Assembly: GCA_000165345.1 (NCBI GenBank)
Contig: CM000429.1
Span: 704,001-768,000, forward strand
DNA length: 64,000 bases
Reading direction: 5' to 3'
Shown here in pieces: positions 15,401-27,679 of the stretch. Every line of letters starts with the position of its first letter. Within the stretch, counting starts at the first letter, position 1. Made by a program: the position numbers and the translations under genes. The notes under the pieces are model-generated. The model did not search any database. It was not told where the DNA came from and saw only the letters and a list, made by a program, of their open reading frames with translations.

Positions 15401-18400
15401 TATCATCACTTACTTCAAAGTATTCATTTGAAAAATCTAGTTTCAATTTTTCAAGTTCAAAACCTGAATTTTTATTATTATCATTACTTGTATTTGTTGT
15501 TGTTGAATTTGTACAAGATATACTATTTAATAAATTCACAGAATACTGTTCACTAGATTCTAATTCAATGCTTGAGATATTATTCGAGTTTTCTTTAAAA
15601 TTCCATACCTTCTTCAATAAATAATAATATAAATTACTGATTGATCCAATATCATATGATATTATTAATTCCTTATTTCTTAGTATATTTATTAATAATA
15701 GATTTTTGATTCCCATTCCAATCCAAATTTCTTTTAATATAATAATAATTTTGATTATAATAACATTAATAGTGGGCAGATGATGATTATTAGTATTTAG
15801 TTCAGGATAATTATTAGTATTAACAACTCGAGTAAATAATATACTTTTCTTTTCATCAATAGAATCATAGTAATATGTTAGGATGAGTGGTAATAACGGA
15901 ATAATAATTTCTTTCCATTCTTTAAATACTCTATTATTATAGGACTCTTTTAAAGCAAGATTTAATTGGTCTGTTGTTATCTTGTTTGTAATAGATTCTT
16001 CTTGTAATATAGAATTGAAACTTAACTCGCTATTATTATCTTCATTAATTAATTCTTGATGAATTTTTATTATACTAGTAGATAATACTATTATTATAGT
16101 ATTAAAATACATGAGTTGATCTTCTTTTACATATTGAAATGAATTATTTTGAATTTCTTCTTGGATATTATCATTATTAGAATTACTTTCAATATCTTTA
16201 ATATATCCATATTCTTTAGTAAATTCTAATAATAACCTCAAAAGCTTTAATAACTTGATTCCTAATCTTTTGGTTAATCTTCTTTTTAAATGCAAATCTA
16301 ACTTTTGATAACTTTTTAATATTATAACAAACTTGATTATTTTTATTAAATTTTGATACTTGAGCACATTAATATCTTTAGAACCTTTTATTTTGGATAT
16401 GAGATCCTGTATAATAATCATAAACATATAAATTTTTAATAGCTTGGTTATAATAATTGTTGGATTTTCATTAATAATTTTGGAAGAACCAACTTCTTCT
16501 CCTTCATTTCCAGGCTCTAACAATAATTCAAATAAAATATGATTAACTTTATTCCTAAATATTAAAATTAATAATTCACATTTATTTATAATATATTGAT
16601 CACCATTCCTACTTTCGAAAGTTAATATAATTTCATTATTAATTCTGGAAAAAAACTCAAATAAAGAGTCCCATATATAATCAAATCCAAAATGACCCAA
16701 ATTCCAAGAATTCTTATTTTCTGAAAATATCTCAAAAATTAAATTCAAATATTTACCCCTCAACCCGGAAATATCTTCTGATAGTCTTTTTTTACATGCA
16801 ACATGCATTATGCTAATATCATTTTTAATTACGTCATTTTTTGTGTGCATACCGGTATTGACATTATTAAAATATTTGTCCACATTAGTTAATAATAAAT
16901 AATTAAAAATATTAATAGGATTAATATTAAGATTGTTTTTTTCTTGATTATAGTTGAAATGAAATACGGAAATAAATTCTGGAATTTTGGAATATTGATT
17001 AATCCATTCAAAAAGATTATTGTTGTTTAAGAAGAAGAAGTAATTAATATGTAAATATTTTATATAATTTTGAATTCTATTGAGAATATTTGGCTTAATA
17101 ATTAAATTATAATAATGATAATGAATATTTTTTGTTTTAAAAAAGTCTTGATTATTTTCGATATAAGTTAGCCACGAAATATAATGGTATGGATTCATAC
17201 ATTTTTTGATATAATAAGAAATTATTTCAATTATATTGTCAAATGATGGATATTTTAAGCTTTCACTTAATTCATAAGATTGAGATTGTGAGCTGATTAA
17301 AATTTTTAATTTAATATAATTATTAAATAAGAATAAATGTTCAGGATGTATAAAGCTGTAATTTAAATCATAACTATTTTGATCATTTAAATAAGAATCT
17401 TCAATATATTTATTATTTGGAATGATTTCTTCAATCTTTATATTACTTTTAAAATAATCTTCTATACTACACATTAATTCACAAACTTTAAAGAAAATTG
17501 TTGGACATGATAATTTTAACAAAATATTAAGTATATCCACTCTATTAATATTATCAAATTTGAAATTATTTACACTTGAATAATTTAATATTGATATTAT
17601 GCTTAACCACGGGTCTTTATTTATTAATGATAATAACCATAAATTACTCAAATACTTATTGTAAAGATTCACCAAAGTATTCTTCTCATTATCATTTATT
17701 CCATTCGAGTTTAATAACAATTTTAATAAAAGAAATAATAGTTGTGGATCATTCAAATACTTTATACATATGTTTGCTATTTCGTCATAAGATCTACTTA
17801 ATATAAAGAAACACAAACTCCAATGGTACTTTCTTTGTTTTATCAAGTAATAACCATTATTAATTGCTTGTTTCTTTAATTCATCATTATTTATATTATA
17901 ATTTAATAAAAAATCAAATACATTCTTTTGATCTAAAATCTTAAATATTGCAGAAACTATATTTAATTTATTAATGCATGTGTATATTATCAAAACAATA
18001 TTTAACATTTCATCTTGGAAAATATTACTATTTTTTTTCTGATTATCTGGAAATTCAAAGCTTAATTCTTTTCTCCTTTCAGAAATTACTTTTATCAGGT
18101 TTTGATATAATTTTTGAACCCATTTTTCAATAAATTCCTGAAATTTAAAATTTTCTGTTAATATATAAATCACTCCAAACTTTTTCAAATCTTTCCAGTC
18201 GATTAAATTACTATTAAAATTCCCAAGAATTTTATCAACTATATGGTCCTTTTCGCAAAGTGAAATCCAACAAATATCTTCAGATTTTAATATGAATCCA
18301 CCTTCTCCTAACATATCATAGTAATTTATTCTTATAAAATATCTCTTTATTTGGTATTCTTCGAATTCCGTAATATTCATTCTATGGCCATATGTTTTAT

Positions 18401-21400
18401 TTTTTCTTAGCTCTATTAAAGAATCGTAAAGTTTTTGATATTCTCCTAAATTTTCCAAAGATTTATAATCTTGGTTATCATAATATCCATCCAAATAATC
18501 ATCAAGATTGTAAGGCACAATATTAAGATTTGGTGAATCTTGAATATCCTCTATAATCTTATCAAAAATTTGTTTGGAAAATGATTGCTTTCTATCATTT
18601 AATGAAAAAACAAAATCTTCCAATACTTTAATTTGTTTAAGTGAAAAATTATTTCCTTTCTCATATATATTATTTTCAGGTCTTTTATATATTCTTGGAA
18701 TAATTTGGTCATTTGTATTAAAAAATAAATAAAGTCCATCAAAAATTTCCAATCTTTGTATTCTAATTAACTCACCAGTATTACTCATCTGGAAATGTTC
18801 ATACAAATCTATCTCGTTATTGGTTTCCCATCTACATACGTCCTTGTTCCAGTAAATTGACCCAATAATTTTTCCATGGTTAACTATGAAACAAAAATAA
18901 GTCATTTCAAAGTCTTGAAGAATTACTAGTTGATTATTCTTGTATTTATTATATGAAGTTAAATCATCGTCGCTTTCATTATTTTTTTCAAAAGAGATTT
19001 CCTTTGAAAAATTAATATTTTTTGATTTATACAAACTATAATCATCAATAATTGAAATCTCTTGAAAAGGATTTAAAGAAATGGTTTCTTCTCCTTCAAT
19101 ATTAAGCAGATTTAATGATAATAAAGAATAACAAAGCAATATTCCATTCCTATTATTATAAATTAATAAGTTATAATCCAATGTTTTTATTAATAATGAA
19201 TCTTTTGTGAAATCAAAGAATGATCTGTTCAACTTGATTTTTGAAGTTATTTCAACCTTATTATGGATATCACTTATATTACAAATATATATATAAAGTT
19301 GTCCCATTTCATTAATTTTATTATTATTAATCATTTCTTGGCCATTTTCTTTATCATATATAAAAATATTGGTTGTTACAAATATTAATGATTTTTCAGT
19401 ACTTGGTTGTTTTATTAATAAAAAACATCCATTAAAATTTATATTGGATAAACTTTGATACATATATGTTGATATTAACCTTAATTCTAATTGAATTCCA
19501 GATTTATTATAACTTTTTTCAATTTGGCTTAATAATAGAGATTCTTGATTTTTTATATTAATCTCAAACATTATTATGTGGTTAACTTCAAAAACTAAAT
19601 CTTTAACCAAACATACGCAAATACAATATCCACCAATTACTGAAGAATGTTTATCTAAGAATACGATTTCATATTTATTATCCATAAATTCATTAAAAAA
19701 TAATTTTTCCAGAATTTGTTCATGATTAATAAATAAATCACTATTATCGTTTTCTAAGCTCCCAATATTATCCCCAGAAATTATTCCTTGACTATTAATA
19801 TCAACTTGTAATAATTCTAAAGTTGAAGAACCATTTTCACAAATACTCGTTAGTCCAAATATTCTCAATTGGCTTGAATTATTTAATTGTACTAATAAAA
19901 TCTGATAATAACTGGAAGTTATTCCTTCTGATATATTAACTATTTTTTCAATATTCAAATCATTTAAATCATAAATATCATTATTATCAAATTCTATACC
20001 GTTGTCCACATTAATATTTAATGTGTGCATGTTTGAAAAAATGCATGCAAAATTATTATTTGCATGTATAAATGTAAATAATTTTTTGGGATTAAGATTA
20101 TCTAAAAGAAGGATATGTCCATTATTGAGTAAAATAAGAATTTCATTGATATTAGTAAGCTCTACAGCAAATTTTCCATAAATATTATTAGTATTTTTGA
20201 GATTTGATTGAATTTTTGGAGTAATTCTTATTAATTTTGAAAAATGCCAAATACCAGTTTTGTCATTAAAAATATATTCAGAAATGCTTGAATCTTTTAA
20301 TTGAAATATAAAATTATAATTATTTCCATTTGAATGGTTTGAAAGTTTATCATTCTTCCAAAATATCATAATATTTGACACGTCACTAGGTAAAATATTA
20401 TTTCTATTAGAAATAAAATTCATTTGTGAGTTGTTTATGAAATTCTTATTATCAATATTATTAAATTGGCAGATTTCCCATTTACATATTGATGAATTAA
20501 TTTCATCATTCCAAATGTCTAATTGAAATACATTAAAGCAAAAAACTTCTTTGCCAATGGAAATTATTAACTTTACTTGCTTATTTTGTTCCTCATTCAT
20601 TGTAAAAATATCACAATTATGTATGCAAGAATTTAAAGGAATTGAAGATTTGGAAATCTCATCATATTCTGAATTTAAATTATAATAAAAATAATCATCA
20701 TTGTCATCTTCAACAAGAGGAAATCTATTTGTTGAATAATAATAAGAAGGATCTTCAACTTCAACATTATAATCATTAATAGATTTATCTAATGCTTCCA
20801 TTGAATTAAAATGATGAATTACATTATCTCTATAACTTTCCCAAATTATATTAATATCCTCATTTCTAACGAATGGTCTATTATTAAATCTTAAATATAA
20901 AGTTTGAATAAATTGACATGGTTTATTTAAAGATGATTCTCTCCAAATTCTAATAATTATTTCTTCATTATTTCTTGAAATTATACAAAAAGAAGATAAT
21001 TCTGAAATTCCTCCAAGTTTCTTTAATTTATATGGTATTTTTGATGACCAAGGCTTCCATGAAACATTTATAATCTTTTCTTCTTGTTTTAAAGAAATCT
21101 TTTGAAATTGAAATTGGTTTGGAAATACACCTGAAATACGAGTATTACTACCAATTGTATATAAATTCATCTCTTCTTCATTCTTTGAATATTCATATCT
21201 CCATATAAATAATTCATTATCTAAATGTTGATATACTAGAATAAATCTTTCACTATTATCAAAAGCTAATTGTAAATCTATTCTTGGACCTGCAAAGCTT
21301 AATTCTTGTTCTAATAATGGTTTCGAATCTACACCTGTTAATATTTCTATATATAAATTTTCCAAATCATTTAAAAATGTATTTGATTCCTTTTCAAGTC

Positions 21401-22031
21401 TTCTTCTATATATTATTTCTTTATAAATATCAATATTAAAAATCTCAAATTGTAATTTCCAAACTGTTAAAAAAGTTCCACGATTACTTGAAGAATGTTG
21501 TATTACTAATTTATTATGATCAATCCAACTTATACTCTTCAATTTTCCATCATTATTATTAACTTTTGATAAATCTATCTTAATAAAAAGTCTTAATTTT
21601 ATATTTTTATATCTTTGACTCCATAATATATTTAATCTTCTTCTATGATTTTCTCCTAAAATATCAGTAACTCCAAAACCTTGAATTTCTTTCAAATTTT
21701 CTTTACAAAATTTATTAATATTATTATAATATTCTTCATAATTTATATCAAAATTTGGAGCAATTATTCCTTCATCTAGTAATTCAATATATCTTAAATC
21801 ATCATCAAGAGTCCAAACTTCAAAACTATTTTCAAAACCAATCACTAAAACAAGTAAATCTTCATGCCAACACAAATAAGTTGGTACTACTTCTTCAAGT
21901 GTATCTATTATTTGAATAGTTTTTCCTTGATCAATATTAATTATAGCAACTTTTGGCAGTATACTCTTTTCATCCACTAACACACACAATGGCCACCTAT
22001 TATGAACTGCTCTATTACCGTTGCTATGCAT
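12477..22031 (-). CDS. giant hypothetical protein (3184 aa), WD-repeat-like segments at both ends, N/S-rich linkers
   Basis: Uninterrupted 9.5-kb ORF. WD-like blocks, e.g. GNITHVSWSPSKIHIIISTSNGFIMVYKL and CLCIWDIW. No BEACH, kinase, AAA or chorein motif seen. Family unassigned (a DmX-like/Rav1 architecture was considered but the N-terminus does not match). Confidence 0.65.
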   Translation of the reverse strand: MHSNGNRAVHNRWPLCVLVDEKSILPKVAIINIDQGKTIQIIDTLEEVVPTYLCWHEDLLVLVIGFENSFEVWTLDDDLRYIELLDEGIIAPNFDINYEEYYNNINKFCKENLKEIQGFGVTDILGENHRRRLNILWSQRYKNIKLRLFIKIDLSKVNNNDGKLKSISWIDHNKLVIQHSSSNRGTFLTVWKLQFEIFNIDIYKEIIYRRRLEKESNTFLNDLENLYIEILTGVDSKPLLEQELSFAGPRIDLQLAFDNSERFILVYQHLDNELFIWRYEYSKNEEEMNLYTIGSNTRISGVFPNQFQFQKISLKQEEKIINVSWKPWSSKIPYKLKKLGGISELSSFCIISRNNEEIIIRIWRESSLNKPCQFIQTLYLRFNNRPFVRNEDINIIWESYRDNVIHHFNSMEALDKSINDYNVEVEDPSYYYSTNRFPLVEDDNDDYFYYNLNSEYDEISKSSIPLNSCIHNCDIFTMNEEQNKQVKLIISIGKEVFCFNVFQLDIWNDEINSSICKWEICQFNNIDNKNFINNSQMNFISNRNNILPSDVSNIMIFWKNDKLSNHSNGNNYNFIFQLKDSSISEYIFNDKTGIWHFSKLIRITPKIQSNLKNTNNIYGKFAVELTNINEILILLNNGHILLLDNLNPKKLFTFIHANNNFACIFSNMHTLNINVDNGIEFDNNDIYDLNDLNIEKIVNISEGITSSYYQILLVQLNNSSQLRIFGLTSICENGSSTLELLQVDINSQGIISGDNIGSLENDNSDLFINHEQILEKLFFNEFMDNKYEIVFLDKHSSVIGGYCICVCLVKDLVFEVNHIIMFEINIKNQESLLLSQIEKSYNKSGIQLELRLISTYMYQSLSNINFNGCFLLIKQPSTEKSLIFVTTNIFIYDKENGQEMINNNKINEMGQLYIYICNISDIHNKVEITSKIKLNRSFFDFTKDSLLIKTLDYNLLIYNNRNGILLCYSLLSLNLLNIEGEETISLNPFQEISIIDDYSLYKSKNINFSKEISFEKNNESDDDLTSYNKYKNNQLVILQDFEMTYFCFIVNHGKIIGSIYWNKDVCRWETNNEIDLYEHFQMSNTGELIRIQRLEIFDGLYLFFNTNDQIIPRIYKRPENNIYEKGNNFSLKQIKVLEDFVFSLNDRKQSFSKQIFDKIIEDIQDSPNLNIVPYNLDDYLDGYYDNQDYKSLENLGEYQKLYDSLIELRKNKTYGHRMNITEFEEYQIKRYFIRINYYDMLGEGGFILKSEDICWISLCEKDHIVDKILGNFNSNLIDWKDLKKFGVIYILTENFKFQEFIEKWVQKLYQNLIKVISERRKELSFEFPDNQKKNSNIFQDEMLNIVLIIYTCINKLNIVSAIFKILDQKNVFDFLLNYNINNDELKKQAINNGYYLIKQRKYHWSLCFFILSRSYDEIANICIKYLNDPQLLFLLLKLLLNSNGINDNEKNTLVNLYNKYLSNLWLLSLINKDPWLSIISILNYSSVNNFKFDNINRVDILNILLKLSCPTIFFKVCELMCSIEDYFKSNIKIEEIIPNNKYIEDSYLNDQNSYDLNYSFIHPEHLFLFNNYIKLKILISSQSQSYELSESLKYPSFDNIIEIISYYIKKCMNPYHYISWLTYIENNQDFFKTKNIHYHYYNLIIKPNILNRIQNYIKYLHINYFFFLNNNNLFEWINQYSKIPEFISVFHFNYNQEKNNLNINPINIFNYLLLTNVDKYFNNVNTGMHTKNDVIKNDISIMHVACKKRLSEDISGLRGKYLNLIFEIFSENKNSWNLGHFGFDYIWDSLFEFFSRINNEIILTFESRNGDQYIINKCELLILIFRNKVNHILFELLLEPGNEGEEVGSSKIINENPTIIITKLLKIYMFMIIIQDLISKIKGSKDINVLKYQNLIKIIKFVIILKSYQKLDLHLKRRLTKRLGIKLLKLLRLLLEFTKEYGYIKDIESNSNNDNIQEEIQNNSFQYVKEDQLMYFNTIIIVLSTSIIKIHQELINEDNNSELSFNSILQEESITNKITTDQLNLALKESYNNRVFKEWKEIIIPLLPLILTYYYDSIDEKKSILFTRVVNTNNYPELNTNNHHLPTINVIIIKIIIILKEIWIGMGIKNLLLINILRNKELIISYDIGSISNLYYYLLKKVWNFKENSNNISSIELESSEQYSVNLLNSISCTNSTTTNTSNDNNKNSGFELEKLKLDFSNEYFEVSDDRFRLNKKEESMRMNNPSLFMINMLIYNNRIIPTPKLNLVPNVHYLSGNNNNIEDLERDSKKEENMMNDNILIDNEIKQYEDDDFYYYHYFGFDQSKQQDENESETLVELENENEYVNEEDYYYKWYKNRIQKGEKEGVERSNTLLGHILYQESPLLMDCKMDVNNSPFLLLGEKTHLMLNSKLYFIHPISFMRRNHINSYYYEGVIFQGMKFGKFGEDFDNIFKSEKIIRLEVLLNSFLLKRLLIFGKLEENQDDHGLLSYRKLERRKSNKSLLLSSSSSSPCIMPIYDIDFCVNIKKGVKSIYLDLYTSKENELNIGGGVSDFNTNIGSGSHLTCNFQEIRFLQIFTDIPLSFSKIQNQFNNVKAIICGEAIQLRNPRVSHIVYPYWSHSLAFSNYHKVNHPNYFINTSSNITGDIINNINSSKSNPKPIMISNSLSKSYYNLTSNNVNKRSFKGIDSIGQGRNYHQELPPTTSTNLNKLMVNNHNLGNITHVSWSPSKIHIIISTSNGFIMVYKLNSNNNYLSDEEDEIFVPSNPNINPSQPSSSHNSLQTTSVNNGGVNNSSLSSSSNIILTSSSINAQSTSSSTSSNSNSSSKSSSAMNPFIPIYIFQVHKSNCFWSGIIDYSCRYILTSGNGINFVYNTTSINNNSFNNNEGNELGRSSFNFRNYTKFNSRGERIPIVGGNISVTTTTNNNNNVQSQSISNASTPNTAKSNSSYSIGGNSYGYLNESEGGIGLGGTLINSGTLNLAEFMGDNTLNLSSKIEISSVLSDENCLCIWDIWTNLSYNLPIISRPDLLIALESSPISTSHNWKQANTLLIITNTGNLWFISYLFGRQFLNPSLFKLKQKNILTSNLSNLNTLNNIINRNSNYINSKLTVLSSDGICIIYHIFLLLKSSFKRYFNNNQITIVPIIKFNINHSLSLNPLNIINNSLTSNQYNKIISHAIFINKNTLLIIDTLQNCKIVQLLPFFN

Positions 22032-22526
22032 ATTTCTCGTACACTTGACGAATAAATTTACGCAATTTTTCCATCCATCACTTTTTTTCTTTTCAATTTA
22101 TTTAATATATATTCATTTAATTAATATTATTTACTTTCTGAACCCGCTCCCGCCTTTGGCGGGCATTTGTGGTTCGGTACTTAAGACAAATTCTACTATT
22201 AACTGGAAAAAATTATTAAAAGGAAAGAAAAAAAGTAAAAGGAGAATAAATTTAAGGGAGGAATGTGAAGCAAGGATTTTCTTTTTTTTCTATAAATAAT
22301 AAATTTATTAAAAAAAATAAATTTATTTATTATATATATGAATATATATATATGTATATATACATATATATATACATATATATGCAAGTATAGAAATATT
22401 TAATCAAGTAATAAAGAGAAGAGAATATTAAAATAATAGATTATTTAGAGACTATTGAAGGAATTATTTTATTAGTATTCCTTTTTTCCTCCCTTTGTAA
22501 ATAAATTAAAAGGTGAATAAAAGTAA

Positions 22527-23252
22527 ATGTTCAATATGATTAACTTAAAATTGCATACTACTAGATTTTTAATTCTAGTATTAGTTATTTTAAGTAATAT
22601 TGGTGAATTATTATCACAGGATGTTGAAACTGAAAATAAATCAAGTAGATATGATCATATAGTTGATCAAATTTATTATAATAGGTACCATTCAAATAAT
22701 GCTAAATATTTAGTTTGGTTATTAGTATTGGTGCCGGTATTTATATGTATTCCATGCCTAATTTGGGTTTGGTGTAGTGATCACTGTTTACAAATTCTTA
22801 AATATAGAAGTAATATGAAAGTTTTTAAAGAAAAGAAACTTATGAATGAAATTATTCTAACTAATTTAAGTGATAATATATTAAATAAGGAATTGAATGG
22901 TAGCAACTCATCACTTCCTTCAATGGGAGTTCCTCATTCTATGCCCCCGCCTATTCCTCATCCACCTCAACCTCAATTTCATCCTCAAATGGGAGGAGTT
23001 ATGCCACAGCCACCTCCAATGCCACAACCGCCTCCAATGCCACAACCACAGCCCTCTTCTCATCCACAGATATTATCTCAACCAATAATTGGAGGACCTC
23101 AACAAAATCCTATATTACCAACACATATTCAACCATCACCTTCATACATTCCGAATCTCCATATATCTAGGCCACCTAATATGGAGTTACCTCAACTTGT
23201 ACAACAAGATCATGCTCACCATCATCATCATTGTGGATTTAATGGTCATTAA
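22527..23252 (+). CDS. single-pass membrane protein with signal peptide, Pro/Gln-rich tail (PPPMPQPPPMPQPQP) and His-rich C-terminus
   Basis: N-terminal hydrophobic signal (FLILVLVILSNIG), second TM (LVWLLVLVPVFICIPCLIWVW), proline-rich repeat, terminal HAHHHHHCGFNGH. Confidence 0.5.
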   Translation: MFNMINLKLHTTRFLILVLVILSNIGELLSQDVETENKSSRYDHIVDQIYYNRYHSNNAKYLVWLLVLVPVFICIPCLIWVWCSDHCLQILKYRSNMKVFKEKKLMNEIILTNLSDNILNKELNGSNSSLPSMGVPHSMPPPIPHPPQPQFHPQMGGVMPQPPPMPQPPPMPQPQPSSHPQILSQPIIGGPQQNPILPTHIQPSPSYIPNLHISRPPNMELPQLVQQDHAHHHHHCGFNGH

Positions 23253-23654
23253 TGACAATAATATGTTTAAATAATTAATTCATAATAGAGAAAATTATTT
23301 GGATTATTTATCTCTAAATCTATAATTAGAGACTACCGATATAAGAGCACAGGAAAAAGAAAGATATAAGAATTGATTTGGAATATATTAGTCATCCACT
23401 TGATAGTTCAAAAAGTATCGAGCCAGTTTTTTTTTTAAAGAGAAAAAAAGTATTTTTGAAAATTAAGATCAAACAATAATCATATAACCATTGTTTCTTT
23501 TTCTTTTAAAAAAAGTTTTACAGATTTGATACCTGAGAATAATTATACGGTACTAGTAAAAATGCATGTATATTATTAATTGTGAGCCAGATGAATGTAA
23601 ACATTGCATGCAATAGATGGCAACTATTTTAAGAAATTTTTTAAAAAAACAAAG

Positions 23655-24692
23655 TCACATCTGAGGGTCTTTTTTCGCTTTTTTAGTAGATCCTGGTGGT
23701 CTTCCTCTATTACCTGAACCTGGAGGTCTTCCTCTAACACCTGTTTTTCTTTTAACAATACCAATTTCACAGATCTCACTACTATCTATATTATATAATG
23801 GTTTAGTATGAGATTCTAATAAGTATTGGTTATTATTAATAAATTTTTCTATTGATGATACAATCTTATTAACTCTTGAATCAAGTTGTGTTACCATTTC
23901 AGATTTTCTCTCAAAAGTGATTTCAATATCATTTTTACATGTTTGAAATTTATTATATAGTTCTTCATATAATCTCATCTTGAATTCATTTTCACGAGCA
24001 ATATTTTCAGAATTTAATTCGGTACCTGGTATATATATATTAGTAACTCTAAAATAATTTAATTGATGATGATTAATTATTTTAGATTTTAAAGATACAT
24101 ATTTATTATGTATACTTTTTTCAATAAAAAATATATTATCGATATTATGTGGTACCGAATTATTAATACTAGCATAAGTTTTTGATAATTCTAGCAATAA
24201 ATTATATAATTTATTATGACTTTCATTTAATAAAGACCATCTTTGATCAATATAATCATTAAATCTATTTAAAGATAGAAATACTTGATTAAATATATGT
24301 GGAAACGAAAGAAGTTCATTTCTCCACTCACTTGCTTTTTTTTTTGAATTTAACTGTTGTTGTTGTTGTACATTAATTATATTATTGTTAGTATAATAAT
24401 TATTTTCTTTCTTTTCAATTTCAATATTATCTTGTTTTTCATTTTGAGTTCTAATTTCCATTCCAATTGAGTGATTTCCAATTATAACTTCAGAGTTTCC
24501 TTCATATGTTTGTTTAAAATGATTATTTAAGCTTGAATTTTGATCATGTTTATCACTATTATTATCATAGAAATTCCTTTCTTCTGTATATTTATTTCCA
24601 TTCAAAGATTCCTCCATAGTATTCTGTTCTAAATCTCCTACAATTTCGCTTCCTTCATGACAAACTTTATCAAAATGTATGTTTGTTTCCAT
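23655..24692 (-). CDS. AT-hook DNA-binding protein (two C-terminal RGRP AT-hooks)
   Basis: C-terminus KRKTGVRGRPPGSGNRGRPPGSTKKAKK carries two GRP AT-hook cores. Poly-Q run encoded by (TTG)n on the + strand near 24355. Confidence 0.55.
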   Translation of the reverse strand: METNIHFDKVCHEGSEIVGDLEQNTMEESLNGNKYTEERNFYDNNSDKHDQNSSLNNHFKQTYEGNSEVIIGNHSIGMEIRTQNEKQDNIEIEKKENNYYTNNNIINVQQQQQLNSKKKASEWRNELLSFPHIFNQVFLSLNRFNDYIDQRWSLLNESHNKLYNLLLELSKTYASINNSVPHNIDNIFFIEKSIHNKYVSLKSKIINHHQLNYFRVTNIYIPGTELNSENIARENEFKMRLYEELYNKFQTCKNDIEITFERKSEMVTQLDSRVNKIVSSIEKFINNNQYLLESHTKPLYNIDSSEICEIGIVKRKTGVRGRPPGSGNRGRPPGSTKKAKKDPQM

Positions 24693-25094
24693 AAATTAAA
24701 AAGAAAATAGTTGCTTTTTTCTCTTAAATTGTGAATTATATTTATATATATAAAAAATAAAAATATGACTTGGCGGCAAAATGAGCCCGCCTTTAAGTTT
24801 AATAATTATTTAAAAGGTACCGGTATAAATATGTTTTGCATGCAATTAAAGATGGAATAAAAAAAAAAATAATAATTCTTATTTTTAAAATTAATAATTA
24901 TTTTATTTAAAAAGATAAGAGAAAAATAAAGAAAATGAATAAAAAAGAAAAGGTTTGAAATGAAATTATATGGCTTAATAGTAAAATAAAATTAGGAATA
25001 ATAATAATATAAATACAATTAGACAATAGAAAATGAAGATAAAAGATATTTATTAAGAAAATTATTTTTTTCTTCCTTCTCTTATTCTTTTGTA

Positions 25095-26909
<1,815 letters not shown>

Positions 26910-27314
26910 TTTATAATTTTTTTTTTTTTTAATAATTAATTCTTCTTTTTCTTCTAAATAATATTAATATTTAATATTAATATATAATCAAATTAATTGT
27001 AGAAATCTTTTGATTTTAAATAACTATAGTTTATTCAACTTTTAAATAATAATTCCATATATAAATACGCATGCGTGTAAATATGTATTTAAAAGTAATT
27101 AACTTAAATTTAGTGTATTTTTTCCCTTATTCCTTGTTCTTAAATAATTTTATAATTACCAAATTATATTTTGTAAGATAAAAAAAGAAGGAAAAAAGGA
27201 AGATTTTAAAAAAAAAAAAAAAGAAAAAGAAATCGATTATGTAATTTCTTCCAATCCAAATTATACAGTCAAATCTTCCTTTTTCTTTATTTTTATAATT
27301 TCTTTTTTTAAATA

Positions 27315-27351
<37 letters not shown>

Positions 27352-27420
27352 CTAAATTTTTTATCTCCTAAATTCGACTTCTTATTGTTAATTTTGACTA
27401 TTAATTAATATTCTCTACTG

Positions 27421-27477
27421 TTGGCGCCCAAACTCACATATTTTTCAATTATTAATTCCGGTACCTGTTTTGGCGCC
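27421..27477. promoter_or_regulatory. paired TTGGCGCC boxes (TTGGCGCCCAAA and TTTTGGCGCCAAC, ~45 bp apart) flanking a CCGGTACC motif in the NOL10/AAGAB-like divergent promoter
   Basis: Read directly. Two near-identical GC boxes in otherwise >85% AT intergenic DNA. Confidence 0.35.
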
Positions 27478-27679
27478 AACTAGAAAATTAAAAAATGTCA
27501 AAAAAAAAAAATTTCCCACGTTATTTAATAATAATTAATATATAAATGAAGAATTTAAAATTGTGTGAATAAAAAATATGAAATATATAAAGCTATATTG
27601 ATATAAAAAGAGAAAGAGAGAGAGAGAAAAAAAAGTTATTGTTATCAATATAATAATTAATTAATATTTGTAATTAGAA

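Noticed and set aside
12477-22031. Assignment of the 3184-aa protein to the DmX-like/rabconnectin-3 (Rav1) family
   Set aside because: The size and terminal WD-like repeats fit, but the N-terminal 150 aa show no similarity to the DMXL N-terminus as I recall it, and I cannot verify a Rav1p_C signature. I kept it as unassigned.
22141-22185. Possible tRNA-like sequence (GGTTCGG) near the GC palindrome
   Set aside because: There is no GTTCGA(A/T)TC T-loop, no acceptor-stem pairing and no CCA-compatible 3' end. I interpreted it as a promoter GC box instead. I found no convincing tRNA, rRNA or snRNA in the window.
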